Under the pieces are notes generated by a model. It saw only the letters and a program-made list of their open reading frames with translations, searched no databases and was not told the origin of the DNA. Positions 10,001 to 18,500 of a stretch of 64,000 nt of DNA are shown here, piece by piece. Positions within the stretch are counted from its first letter, which is position 1. Each line of letters opens with the position of its first letter. Position numbers and translations under genes: made by a program. This stretch comes from a candidate division TM6 bacterium GW2011_GWF2_28_16 (GTDB taxonomy: Bacteria > Patescibacteriota > Microgenomatia > UBA1400 > PJMF01), in NCBI GenBank assembly GCA_001029715.1, contig CP011212.1, positions 3,407 through 67,406 on the forward strand, given 5' to 3'.

Positions 10001-13000
10001 CTGGATTAGGATATCGGGGTGGTACAGCTGCCGTGGGATGCACCACTGGAGGTAAGGGAGAATCATTAAATGGAAATCTTGGCGGAGGCGATGGAAAAGA
10101 TGGATATTCTATAGGGGCGGGTGGTACAGGTGTATTTGGTGGTGGTGGTGGAGGTGGAAGCTATCCTGCAGCCTCAAATGTTGTCGCTAAAGGCGGAGGT
10201 GGTGGTTATGGTACAGGTGGATCAGGTGGAGCAGGAACTGGCTCTGCTTCAGCAGGAGGTACCGGAAGTTCAGTTGGTGGAAACGGAGGCGCAAACACTG
10301 CTACTAATACTGCCGGTGGTGGTGGTGGGGGGGGTTTTTATGGTCAAGGAACTCTGGAGAGAATATTTTTTGGTTCTGGAGGAGGAAGTAGTGGGGGTTG
10401 GTATAATGGAGCCTGTCAAAATGGCTACGCCGGCACAAACGGAGGCGGCATAATTTCAATTTTTGCCGATACTTTAACCAATGCCAATACTATTAGCTCA
10501 AATGGAACAAATGCCAGTTCCGCCAACTCTGGAACAGGATCTGGAGGAGCAATAAAAATTGTCGGTAATACACTTACTTTAGGGTCTACTGTTACTGCCA
10601 GCGGGGGCACTTCGGGGGTAACAGGTGGTGTTGGTCGTGTTTCAACTACATATTCCACTTCCCTCTCTGGTTCCACGACCCCCGTTCCGTACACCCAAAA
10701 ACTCCAATCAACTATTAAACAGGAGGGTACTGGTGCCATGCAAATTTCTACTGGTCGCCCTGAAGTAGATTCCTCCACTGTTGGTCTTTGGCACCTTGAT
10801 GAGACTGGAGGTACTGGTGCATATCTCAAAGATAGCAGTGGTAACGCCAATCATGGCACTGCTACTGGAACAACCATTATTGATGGACTCCTTAACAAAG
10901 CTCGATCATTTAATGGAAGCTCATACATTACAGTGGCTGATAGCAATTCTTTAGATCTTACTGAAAATTTCAGTATTTCAGCCTGGGTTAATAGAAAAGA
11001 TACAGATGGGGGCACAGTTGTATCTAAAACAGTAGCTGGTACCACTGGTGGTTATGCTGTGCTTTGGGGCAGCGCTGGTGAAGTATATTGCAGAACAAAC
11101 AATGGAACAACTTACACTGATTCTTATAGTTCACAAGGGGTTCTCACATCAACTACTGGATGGACTCACGTTGCTGTGGTTAAAAATGGAACTAGTTGTC
11201 GTATCTATATTAATGGAATTGACAAAACCTCAACCGCAAATTCGCACACTAACCCCATTGCTAATGCTCTTCCTTTGCTCATTGGTTCTAGAACTGATCT
11301 TGGAGCGGAATTTACAACAGGAGTTATTGATGAAGTCCGCATTAGTAATATCGCCAGATCTGCCGAAGAAATTGCTGAAAGCTACCGCATGGGTCGCGAT
11401 CATCGTACTAGTAAAAACATTTCCTCTATAAATCTTTCCGCTTCTACCAAACTACCCTTTTATATTGCCTCTGATCGTCTTGGCACTTTTTCTGAATTAA
11501 CTATTGGCGAATCTGCCTTTGCCAATTACGAGCCAGATGCTAATACTGTTGGACTATGGAATATTGATGAACAATCTGGTGCAGGTGCTTACTTAAAAGA
11601 TTCATCTGGAAATGGCAATCATGGCACCCCAACAGGCACTACCTTCACTCAAGGGAAAGTAGGAAAAGCTAGAAATTTCAATGGAACTAGTGATGTTGTT
11701 AAAACAGGTACAAATTCGTCCTTAAATATAAACGGAACTTTGACTCTTTCAGCTTGGATAAAAGCGAGCACGGACGTGACAAATTATAGAATGATTATTT
11801 CAAAGGAGGAATCCCCATCAATAAACCCATATCGTATTTATCTTGGATCATCCACAGGTATTCCCAATTTTACAGACATGTTTACCAACGGCGGAGTAAC
11901 CGGCACAATTGCGTTGAACGACGATAAATGGCATTACATTGTTGTTACACGAGATGATACAGCCAAAGTATCTAAAATGTACATTGATGGTATATTAAAT
12001 GCTCAGGGCACAACATATTCTGGTACCAATCCTCAAGCAACTTCTACTATAGAAACATGGATAGGAAAGACACCATATGCTGACAGATTCCCTTTCTATG
12101 GATCAATTGATGAAGTCCGTATCGACAACGTCGCCCGCACCGCCGACGAAATCCGTCAAGCTTACGAAGTTGGATCACGTACCCACAATATTACTATCGA
12201 TTTTAAGGCCAAATTAGGTTCTGGAGATTTGATTACAAGTGGCTCTGATCTTGGTTTTACCGTCGATGAAACTGCCTATGGCTCGTCCTACGCCGCTAAT
12301 CACTTATTCTTAGGAGACAAAATCATTGTCAAGGAAAACTACGATGGCACTGAATATATTGCCCAAGGCACGGTCAATGCTGTGAACTTTAGCACGGGTG
12401 CCGTCACAGTCGCTGCTTGGGACTCTGGCTCTACTTTCCCAGCTGCTGGTTTTACTGTCAACGCCACTGTTTTTAAATGGCAGCGTGAATACTTTGATAT
12501 TACTAGTTCTCTCTCTACTCAAAGAGACGCTATCACTCGCCTCACTTATCGCATTACCGACGGTTCTATGGGAGCCAATCTTTGGCTTGATGATCTTAAA
12601 AGTTCTGGTGGATACTTATCTAATCCACTTGGATCTACCATTACCTCTTCTGTTGGCAATCAGTATTTTCAGTACCGGGCAATTCTTTCACAAAATGATC
12701 CTAGCATTCCATCAGCCGCGTTGACTTCGGTAACTGTTGATTATGTTTCTAATAATACTCCAGATGCCCCAACACTTAATGATTCATATCTTCATGACAA
12801 AATTAAAACTCCAGACTCCTCTCCAGAAATTCGTTTTACTGCGACCGACGAAGAAGATGACGACCTTATTTACCAATTTGAATATGATACGACTGCCGAT
12901 TTTACTGCTCCCACTACTATAACTTCAGATTCTGATTTGGGTTTTACCAACATTACTACTCCAGCTGACACTAACCCTTTTAATGTGGGAGAAAGTATCG

Positions 13001-16000
13001 CCTATACTTTTCAATCAGCCTTAAGCAATGACACAACTTATTATTATCGTGTAAGAACTAAAGATCTTATTTCTAATACTTATTCTTCTTGGTCTAGCAT
13101 CCGTTCATTAACCATTGACACTTCCATCAGCGATGAACAGTGGTTTGAAACCATGGGAGAACAATTTGCAACCGATACAACTACTGGTAAAGCAATTGTT
13201 TCTAACGTTACCAACGACGTTCGCATTACAGCTACATCCGGAACTACGTTACTCGATGATATGGAATACTCTTCTGATTCTGAAGCTCAAACAGCGTATA
13301 TAACAGACGATGCAGGTATTATAGCAACTGGCGGAATTGTTTCTTTTAATGGAGACTATACTGTTCACACATTCACCAGTAGTGAAAATTTTAATGTTTT
13401 ATCCGGAACAGATGATATTGAAGTTCTTGTTGTTGGAGGTGGTGGAGGTGGAGGTTATTCTTTTGGAGGTGGTGGAGGTGGTGGTGGTACAATCTATAAC
13501 CCATCGTATACAGTATCTTCAGGTGCAATCCCCATAACCATAGGTGGAGGAGGAGGAGGTTCTACTTCATCTAGTTCTAAGGGTAGTTCAGGAGCAAATT
13601 CAGTCTTTGGATCGTTGACAGCTATTGGAGGAGGAGGAGGTGCCAGTGACGGCGCAGAAGAAGGTGTCCCCGGAGGCAGTGGTGGTGGTGGTAGTATAGA
13701 CTCGGTTACCCTTGCTTCTGGTACATCTGGTCAAGGATACGCCGGTGGAATAGGCTCACGCACTGGTTACGGTGGTGGTGGTGGAGGTGGTGGTGGTGGC
13801 GTAGGACTTAATGACACTGCCTCAGAAGCTGGCGATGGTGGAATTGGATACAATTCAAACATTTCTGGTATTTCAACATACTATGCAGGTGGAGGTGGAG
13901 GTGGAACAGGCTCTCAAGTACACAATAATCCTGGTGAGGGAGGAACTGGAGGTGGCGGTAATGGAGGCAATAGTACAAATTCAGGTCTTTCCGTAGGAAC
14001 AGTAAATACTGGAGGAGGTGGTGGTGGAGGAGGTCAGGGCTATTCAGGAGCTTCTGGTGGCTCTGGTATTGTAATTGTTAGATACAAAACTACTCCACTA
14101 AACGTTTACAACAGTAATAATTTTGTTGCTCTTGGTGGCACAATTGCCACTTCTAGTGCTTACACTAGACACACATTCACCAGTAGTGAAAATTTTAATG
14201 TTTTATCCGGAACAGAGAATATAGAAGCCCTTATTATTGGAGGTGGAGGTGGAGGTGGAGGTGGAGAAAGTCAAAACGGATATGGAGGAGGTGGAGGTGG
14301 AGGTGCTGGAGGAGGAGTAATTTATCAACCACATCTTATTTTATCATCAGGAAATAATGCGGTGACTGTGGGTAACGGTGGTAGTGGCGGTGCTTCAGCT
14401 GCTGGAGATTCTTCAAGTAGGGGCTCAAACGGGCAAAACTCTACTCTTGGCTCGCTTATCGCTATTGGTGGTGGTGGTGGTGGAGGTGACTGGTTGTCAG
14501 GATTGTATGGAGGAAGCGGAGGTGGTGCTGGTGGTGATAATGGCGTTATTGGTTTAGGAGCACTGGGTCAAGGATATAACGGAGGTGGCGCAGGTGGAAG
14601 AGCTGGTGGTGGAGGTGGAGGTGGTGGAACCATAGGAAACAGTGGAAGCTCAAGTATTGGAGGAGCAGGTGGAACAGGTTTTCAATCTTCTATAAGCAGC
14701 AGTTCTATTTACTATTCTGGTGGTGGTGGAGGTGGTGCTGGTGGCACCAGTGGTGGTACAGCTGGAGGCGCTGGTGGCATCGGTGGAGGTGGTGCTGGTT
14801 CATATAATGGTCCTAGTGATGGTTCTGGTACATATACTGCCACACCTGGCACAGCCAATACGGGTGGTGGTGGTGGTGGTGAAGGAGCTGGAAATGGTAC
14901 TAGTAGACCAGGAGCTTCTGGTGGTTCTGGTATTGTTGTTGTCAAATATAAAACCCCAACAGGATCGAGTCATTCTCAGGGTGACTACTCTCTTAAAGCT
15001 ATTGCCAACACGAACTCTTTAAATAAAACACTTACTAAAACCATATCCCCTACTATTGATTTATCCGAAAAGGATTCCCTATTTTTTGACATTAGATCCT
15101 CAAGAACAGGTAGTAATATTAAGCTCGGAATTCGCGATTCTGGTGGTACCACCACTGAAGTCACGCCCGACATTACTGCTGTTGACACCTTCCAAACAGT
15201 TTCCCTAGATATTTCTGGTGTTACTAATGCTGATAAAGATAATATTGAGGAAATTATTATTACCATTACTAATGCTGACGCTAGTAATACTTTTTATTTA
15301 GATAATTTTTATACTGAAAAACTTTTAGCCTCTACGGGCTCTGTTCTTTCTACTCCAATAACAGCCACTGATATCAATTCCACAGCCTCAACTTGGAATA
15401 GTCTCGTTTTTGACAGTACTCCTGATGAAGCTATTACTTATCAAGTATATTATGACGTAGCTGGAACTCCCACCATTATTTCAGATTCAGATTTGCCAGG
15501 AAACTCGATTGGTTTTACTACTTCACCTGTTAGTCTAACGTCTCTTAATACTTCTTCGTATCCTATTATCTATATCAAGGCCAATCTCTCTGATGCTACT
15601 GGCGAACCAATTCTTACCAATTGGGGAGTTTACCTCGGCTCTCCACCCAATGCACCTAGTGAAGCAAAGGCTGAAAATCTTACTAATCCAACTGGTATTC
15701 TTGACACAACTCCAGAATTTTCTGCTATTCATAATGACGTTGATGGTGATAGCGCTAATTATTCTGAAATTGAAGTAAACACGGCTAATGATTTTACCGG
15801 TACTGTCATGTGGGACTCAGGTCAACAAAGTATGACTGCCGTCGCTAATGGCGCGCGCTCTGCACAAATTCCTTATGCTGGTACTACTTTGACCTTAAAT
15901 GGAGCCACTTATTATTGGCGCATTCGTTTCTGGGACACTTTTGGCTTAGTTAGCCCTTGGTCGGCAACACAAAATTTCAGCATGAACCAAAAACCAAGCA

Positions 16001-16695
16001 TTCCTACCCTAGATTTGCCAGGCAATAACGCCATTGATCAAAACTTTAATCTTGCCTTTAAAACTACTACTACTGATGCTGACGGTGATTATCTACGCTA
16101 TAAAATTCAATTATGTACCAATGTAGAAATGACGGTTAATTGCCAAACTTTTGATCAAACTGTTTTGCAAACTGGCTGGAGTGGACAAAACACTCAAACA
16201 AATACCGCTTACACCAGTGGTACACAAGCTACATATACTCTGCAAACAGATTTAGAACCAAATAATACTTATTATTGGAGAAGTTATGCCATTGATCCAG
16301 GAGGCAGTAATACTTGGAGTGAAACCCAAGCTGTACCTTATAATTTTTCAACCCTCACCACTCCATTGCCTGCTAGTAACTGTTACATTCAAGAAAACAT
16401 TGATCGCACTCAATTTCTCTTAGTTTGGACAGATAATGCGGATAATGAGGATTTCTATGAAGTACAACGAAGTGTTGATGGCGGAACTTGGACTGCCTTG
16501 CAAACTGGCTTAGCACCAAACACTGCAAATCTTCTCGACAATACTATTAGCACTGGCCATACTTACCAATATCGCGTCGCTCCTTACTTCATCGGACCAT
16601 ATTATGCTTCTTGGTGCACCGCAAGTACTCTTAATATTGGAGTGGGCTTGTTCAATCTAGAGGGAATCAAGGCAAGTGGTTTGCATTTCAACTAA
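7018..16695 (+). CDS. Giant cell-surface protein (about 3,225 aa) with an N-terminal signal-anchor, three LamG/ConA-like modules, Gly-rich beta-rich repeats and FN3-like C-terminal repeats
   Basis: ATG at 7018 lies 8 nt after the upstream stop, and the tool's 6988 start overlaps the previous gene. The N-terminus (LPGLILLGFLILLGLFFWA) is a TM anchor. There are three DEVRxSNxARxxEEI motifs at about 8475, 11325 and 12105, typical of Laminin_G_3/concanavalin-like domains. FTSSENFNVLSGTxxIExLxxGGGGGGG units occur at about 13370 and 14160, and YYWRxR/YYYRVR FN3-like repeats at about 13000 and 15700-16300. Modules are shared with gene 1 (AGDEVLxINLxG, VMxQRVPNYT, GVxFFRAxGAV, QYFQYRAI). Confidence 0.8.
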   Translation: MLKIFKKIKHQLHRFAIRFKRKILFINWNKFKLPGLILLGFLILLGLFFWARQLPPRAPNFKKSEASSYSFEAKNKVFQAKFGIREQQPMVTFNVDGDKSVTLSYQGNDNSQATIDSKGKNLTFKDVEPNMDIQYKTLANGIKEEIVLHQARQKENNANVFLFNGNFQDAYPKEIIKGISGVGFYDEQNNYLFHFEKPFAIDAAGNRTDNVVIQIENKNDSKVPEVKNSIDGETAYVIRLTVDETWLNDPVRTYPIIIDPTIVHDESSEFSIGQLDRVKDTGSGSSPSLESFYQELGADINTAGLWHFNETSGNALDSSGNSNTGTPTGTTIVDGLLSKARSFSGSGQYITVPNSASLNPTDSITIEAWIYLSAANTNNGLVYKGSFAGSQGIYSFGFFSGSNNSLTFRLNGSTGLGNGQVSGSTSLALNTWYHVAAVYDKSLSQQKIYVNGVEDGSQPYGVAISTDTNNLIIGGYYSSSYLFNGVMDEVRVSNVARTPEEIRLNASRRPYSTFTSNAIDLTSVNAWNSLSWTGTGLATSDGETPASSTGLVAQWNFNETSGVTAVSGGTCGTSCNGTLTNMTTTSQDAAAMTGWTANNRRWGAGALMFDGSNDYVNAGSDSSIDNITSKTFCTWINLRTQIGSDSAGSHIINKGDLWFIATDPANSRNIYGQNFSTTNGRWSFPLMQTGQWNHLCAVYDRSSTSNDPTIYVNGVAQPITEYSTPVGSASDDSSNSLSLGSSIPNGRWLAGSLDGAQLYSRALTASEVLSNYNSSRIELQTRVGTSSDPNDGTWEAWKPTTAEAIIDSLDNSVDQWTIDSYQNSSSTISKIGTINVGSGNDGACTVSSGTTTLSTGSCAGRGTADAVNFASTVLTGAGATSITVSTTPTGLTAGDEVLIINLQGTSTNYDRVGQYETHTIASISTNTLNFTDSPLQNTYDGTTQKIMVQRVPNYTNVTVSSGAILTTGAWDGTKGGVLFFRASGAVSNAGTITMTGLGYRGGTAAVGCTTGGKGESLNGNLGGGDGKDGYSIGAGGTGVFGGGGGGGSYPAASNVVAKGGGGGYGTGGSGGAGTGSASAGGTGSSVGGNGGANTATNTAGGGGGGGFYGQGTLERIFFGSGGGSSGGWYNGACQNGYAGTNGGGIISIFADTLTNANTISSNGTNASSANSGTGSGGAIKIVGNTLTLGSTVTASGGTSGVTGGVGRVSTTYSTSLSGSTTPVPYTQKLQSTIKQEGTGAMQISTGRPEVDSSTVGLWHLDETGGTGAYLKDSSGNANHGTATGTTIIDGLLNKARSFNGSSYITVADSNSLDLTENFSISAWVNRKDTDGGTVVSKTVAGTTGGYAVLWGSAGEVYCRTNNGTTYTDSYSSQGVLTSTTGWTHVAVVKNGTSCRIYINGIDKTSTANSHTNPIANALPLLIGSRTDLGAEFTTGVIDEVRISNIARSAEEIAESYRMGRDHRTSKNISSINLSASTKLPFYIASDRLGTFSELTIGESAFANYEPDANTVGLWNIDEQSGAGAYLKDSSGNGNHGTPTGTTFTQGKVGKARNFNGTSDVVKTGTNSSLNINGTLTLSAWIKASTDVTNYRMIISKEESPSINPYRIYLGSSTGIPNFTDMFTNGGVTGTIALNDDKWHYIVVTRDDTAKVSKMYIDGILNAQGTTYSGTNPQATSTIETWIGKTPYADRFPFYGSIDEVRIDNVARTADEIRQAYEVGSRTHNITIDFKAKLGSGDLITSGSDLGFTVDETAYGSSYAANHLFLGDKIIVKENYDGTEYIAQGTVNAVNFSTGAVTVAAWDSGSTFPAAGFTVNATVFKWQREYFDITSSLSTQRDAITRLTYRITDGSMGANLWLDDLKSSGGYLSNPLGSTITSSVGNQYFQYRAILSQNDPSIPSAALTSVTVDYVSNNTPDAPTLNDSYLHDKIKTPDSSPEIRFTATDEEDDDLIYQFEYDTTADFTAPTTITSDSDLGFTNITTPADTNPFNVGESIAYTFQSALSNDTTYYYRVRTKDLISNTYSSWSSIRSLTIDTSISDEQWFETMGEQFATDTTTGKAIVSNVTNDVRITATSGTTLLDDMEYSSDSEAQTAYITDDAGIIATGGIVSFNGDYTVHTFTSSENFNVLSGTDDIEVLVVGGGGGGGYSFGGGGGGGGTIYNPSYTVSSGAIPITIGGGGGGSTSSSSKGSSGANSVFGSLTAIGGGGGASDGAEEGVPGGSGGGGSIDSVTLASGTSGQGYAGGIGSRTGYGGGGGGGGGGVGLNDTASEAGDGGIGYNSNISGISTYYAGGGGGGTGSQVHNNPGEGGTGGGGNGGNSTNSGLSVGTVNTGGGGGGGGQGYSGASGGSGIVIVRYKTTPLNVYNSNNFVALGGTIATSSAYTRHTFTSSENFNVLSGTENIEALIIGGGGGGGGGESQNGYGGGGGGGAGGGVIYQPHLILSSGNNAVTVGNGGSGGASAAGDSSSRGSNGQNSTLGSLIAIGGGGGGGDWLSGLYGGSGGGAGGDNGVIGLGALGQGYNGGGAGGRAGGGGGGGGTIGNSGSSSIGGAGGTGFQSSISSSSIYYSGGGGGGAGGTSGGTAGGAGGIGGGGAGSYNGPSDGSGTYTATPGTANTGGGGGGEGAGNGTSRPGASGGSGIVVVKYKTPTGSSHSQGDYSLKAIANTNSLNKTLTKTISPTIDLSEKDSLFFDIRSSRTGSNIKLGIRDSGGTTTEVTPDITAVDTFQTVSLDISGVTNADKDNIEEIIITITNADASNTFYLDNFYTEKLLASTGSVLSTPITATDINSTASTWNSLVFDSTPDEAITYQVYYDVAGTPTIISDSDLPGNSIGFTTSPVSLTSLNTSSYPIIYIKANLSDATGEPILTNWGVYLGSPPNAPSEAKAENLTNPTGILDTTPEFSAIHNDVDGDSANYSEIEVNTANDFTGTVMWDSGQQSMTAVANGARSAQIPYAGTTLTLNGATYYWRIRFWDTFGLVSPWSATQNFSMNQKPSIPTLDLPGNNAIDQNFNLAFKTTTTDADGDYLRYKIQLCTNVEMTVNCQTFDQTVLQTGWSGQNTQTNTAYTSGTQATYTLQTDLEPNNTYYWRSYAIDPGGSNTWSETQAVPYNFSTLTTPLPASNCYIQENIDRTQFLLVWTDNADNEDFYEVQRSVDGGTWTALQTGLAPNTANLLDNTISTGHTYQYRVAPYFIGPYYASWCTASTLNIGVGLFNLEGIKASGLHFN
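10327..10334 (+). repeat. G8 homopolymeric tract inside the giant surface protein gene
   Basis: ggtggtgggggggg ttttt: eight consecutive G in an AT-rich genome, within a Gly-Gly-Gly-Gly-Phe coding stretch. Confidence 0.9.
13435..14885 (+). repeat. Multiple (GGN)n glycine-codon microsatellite-like tracts (ggt/gga repeats of 20-60 nt) inside the giant protein gene
   Basis: Tracts are at about 13435-13488, 13771-13800, 14241-14318, 14471-14490, 14611-14630, 14721-14790 and 14866-14880. Similar tracts in gene 1 are at about 1381-1450 and 3541-3600. Confidence 0.8.
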
Positions 16696-16720
16696 AAATT
16701 CACAAGCTCCATCGAAAAAA

Positions 16721-17182
16721 CTAATCAGCACAAACATAATAAGTGGATGTTGCTGGAGCAGCGACATTACAATGATCTACGCTGTCCGTTATGTCAGAAT
16801 CTGAAGCATTTTCTAAAACTGTTGAAAACAAAAAATCTTCTCCTCCATCAAGTTGTATGTAGTCAAATAAACTATTATCAATCATCTCTTTCATATAAAT
16901 ATTGTCAGAAATCGCAAAACTGCCATCTCCATTTGGACAATTTAGAGAACCATCTTCTCCGCAGGCAACAATGTTTCCATTATCATCGTCTGGAGGGTAA
17001 GATTGAAAATCATTGTAATATATGCGAATTGCAGATTTCAGCTGGCGCAAATCATTTTTTCTAGCACTATCTCTTGCTCGAGCACGAACGCCAATCAAAT
17101 TTGGTAAAAGCACTGCTACTAAAACTCCCAAAACGGAAATTACTACCAAGAGCTCAATGAGTGTAAAGGCATTTTTTTTCAT
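16721..17182 (-). CDS. Type IV pilin/pseudopilin (class III signal peptide)
   Basis: The N-terminus MKKNA/FTLIELLVVISVLGVLVAV is a prepilin leader with Glu at +5 and a hydrophobic helix. Ala occurs at the -1 cleavage position instead of the usual Gly. Confidence 0.8.
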   Translation of the reverse strand: MKKNAFTLIELLVVISVLGVLVAVLLPNLIGVRARARDSARKNDLRQLKSAIRIYYNDFQSYPPDDDNGNIVACGEDGSLNCPNGDGSFAISDNIYMKEMIDNSLFDYIQLDGGEDFLFSTVLENASDSDITDSVDHCNVAAPATSTYYVCAD

Positions 17183-17203
17183 AAATTTAATTTTATTAAA
17201 AAA

Positions 17204-17764
17204 CTAGTAACTATCTACCACTGTCGGAGCATCAATTATATTAGTACTCATAATGATGTAATTGCAGGTACTCGCTGTCAAAACAGTATCAATAATTCGG
17301 CAATAAGTACCACCATAATAAGCTGGCTCGTCATCTTCATTGAGCACTACTGACTCATCCTCTGTATTTTCTAAATAAGCAAAAAGACGATAACTTGTTC
17401 CCCCTGCATCTGCCAAGTAGAAATATTGATTCCCACCAGGATCTCTAGGCATTTTGCTCATGTATAAAGTCTGGTTGCTGGTATTTTGCCAAACATCTCC
17501 CCATTCACAAGCTTCCGTAGAATTCTCACCACAACCTAAAATTTTACCTCCAGAAGCATAAGGATAATGTTTGAAATCATTGTAATAAAGTTCCAAAGTT
17601 TTACTTATACTTTGCAAGTCTTCTTTACGCTTACTATCTCTGGATTTTTGCTGAACACTGCCAAAAGTGCGCAGACCCAATCCCACCAAAAGTGCCAAAA
17701 TTGCCATCACCACTAAAAGTTCAAGTAAGGTAAAGGCTTTTTGGCTGAGTTTCATATTTTTCAT
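17204..17764 (-). CDS. Type IV pilin/pseudopilin
   Basis: The N-terminus MKNMKLSQKA/FTLLELLVVMAILALLVGLGL again has Ala at -1. It lies 21 nt downstream of the next pilin gene on the same strand. Confidence 0.8.
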   Translation of the reverse strand: MKNMKLSQKAFTLLELLVVMAILALLVGLGLRTFGSVQQKSRDSKRKEDLQSISKTLELYYNDFKHYPYASGGKILGCGENSTEACEWGDVWQNTSNQTLYMSKMPRDPGGNQYFYLADAGGTSYRLFAYLENTEDESVVLNEDDEPAYYGGTYCRIIDTVLTASTCNYIIMSTNIIDAPTVVDSY

Positions 17765-17770
17765 AAAGCT

Positions 17771-18475
17771 TTATTGTCTCGCACAAGGTGTCTCGTTATA
17801 GCATTGAGTTGAAGTGGTAAATGGACCCATGTCGCAGTTGTTTCCTTTAACCCAAACGTTACAATCTTGAGATGAAGTATAGGCTGAATTAGCACAACAG
17901 TAACACAGGTGAGTGTCGCAATAGTTTTCTTGAGCAGTTGGAATAGGTGTAGCGGTAGTGCTTGGTGCTGGCGTAGAAGTTGGAAAAACAGCTCCATTTA
18001 AAACAAGAGGAACTCCTTCAGCAATCCCATAAACATAATCAAAACTATTAGTAAACTCTGGATTATCTTCTGGAATGCCACATCCTCCCTCACATCCAAA
18101 TTTTTCAATAATTGGATCACTTTTATCGTTTAAAATACTCAAAACTCTATAGCCTTGAGTTCCATCGTCTGGAAAAGGCATGTAAAGGTAAGGCTTACCT
18201 GTCTCTGGATCGCAAGGTACCGCCTTCAAATACGGACGTAATGAATCGCCACCACAATCATCTAAATATTCTCTGGGTGGATAAGATTGGTGATCATTAT
18301 AATAATCTTCAAAAGCCAACTTAATGTCTCTTAGGTCGCTTTTTCTTTGTGCGTCCTTAGCACGATTAACATCAGTTCCAAAAACCTTAAAAATTGCCAA
18401 CAAGATTAACATCAAAAGTGCTATCACTATTAAAATCTCTATCAAGGTTAGTCCGCTTTGCTTCTTCACTTTCAT
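17771..18475 (-). CDS. Type IV pilin with a Cys-rich C-terminal domain
   Basis: Start is the internal Met (MKVKKQSG/LTLIEILIVIALLMLILLAIF), and the longer ORF call is an upstream extension. The C-terminal 50 aa contain 9 Cys (CDTHLCYCCANS...CNVWVKGNNCDMGPF..QCYNETPC). Confidence 0.75.
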   Translation of the reverse strand: MKVKKQSGLTLIEILIVIALLMLILLAIFKVFGTDVNRAKDAQRKSDLRDIKLAFEDYYNDHQSYPPREYLDDCGGDSLRPYLKAVPCDPETGKPYLYMPFPDDGTQGYRVLSILNDKSDPIIEKFGCEGGCGIPEDNPEFTNSFDYVYGIAEGVPLVLNGAVFPTSTPAPSTTATPIPTAQENYCDTHLCYCCANSAYTSSQDCNVWVKGNNCDMGPFTTSTQCYNETPCARQ

Positions 18476-18500
18476 CTTGTTTTGTTTTAATCTTAACACT

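Noticed and set aside
10425-10850. 141-aa minus-strand ORF (Pro-rich), together with the 9480-9719, 10851-11045, 14712-14945 and 14985-15266 ORFs antisense to giant gene 2
   Set aside because: They sit entirely inside the long, motif-supported plus-strand giant ORF. The Pro/Val-rich composition is the reverse-complement shadow of the Gly-codon repeats (ggt/gga gives acc/tcc). They have no start context.
13435-14885. Possibility that the periodic GGN tracts are a CRISPR array
   Set aside because: The repeats are coding-frame glycine codons of variable length inside an uninterrupted ORF. There is no constant repeat/spacer periodicity and no cas genes.
17761-17997. 78-aa minus-strand ORF overlapping pilin 3
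   Set aside because: It is out of frame with and contained in the pilin gene region. There is no motif support.
18324-18500. N-terminal 59-aa extension of the polytopic membrane protein ORF
   Set aside because: The extension overlaps the pilin-3 gene on the opposite strand and has no membrane-protein character. The Met at 18501 starts the first TM region.
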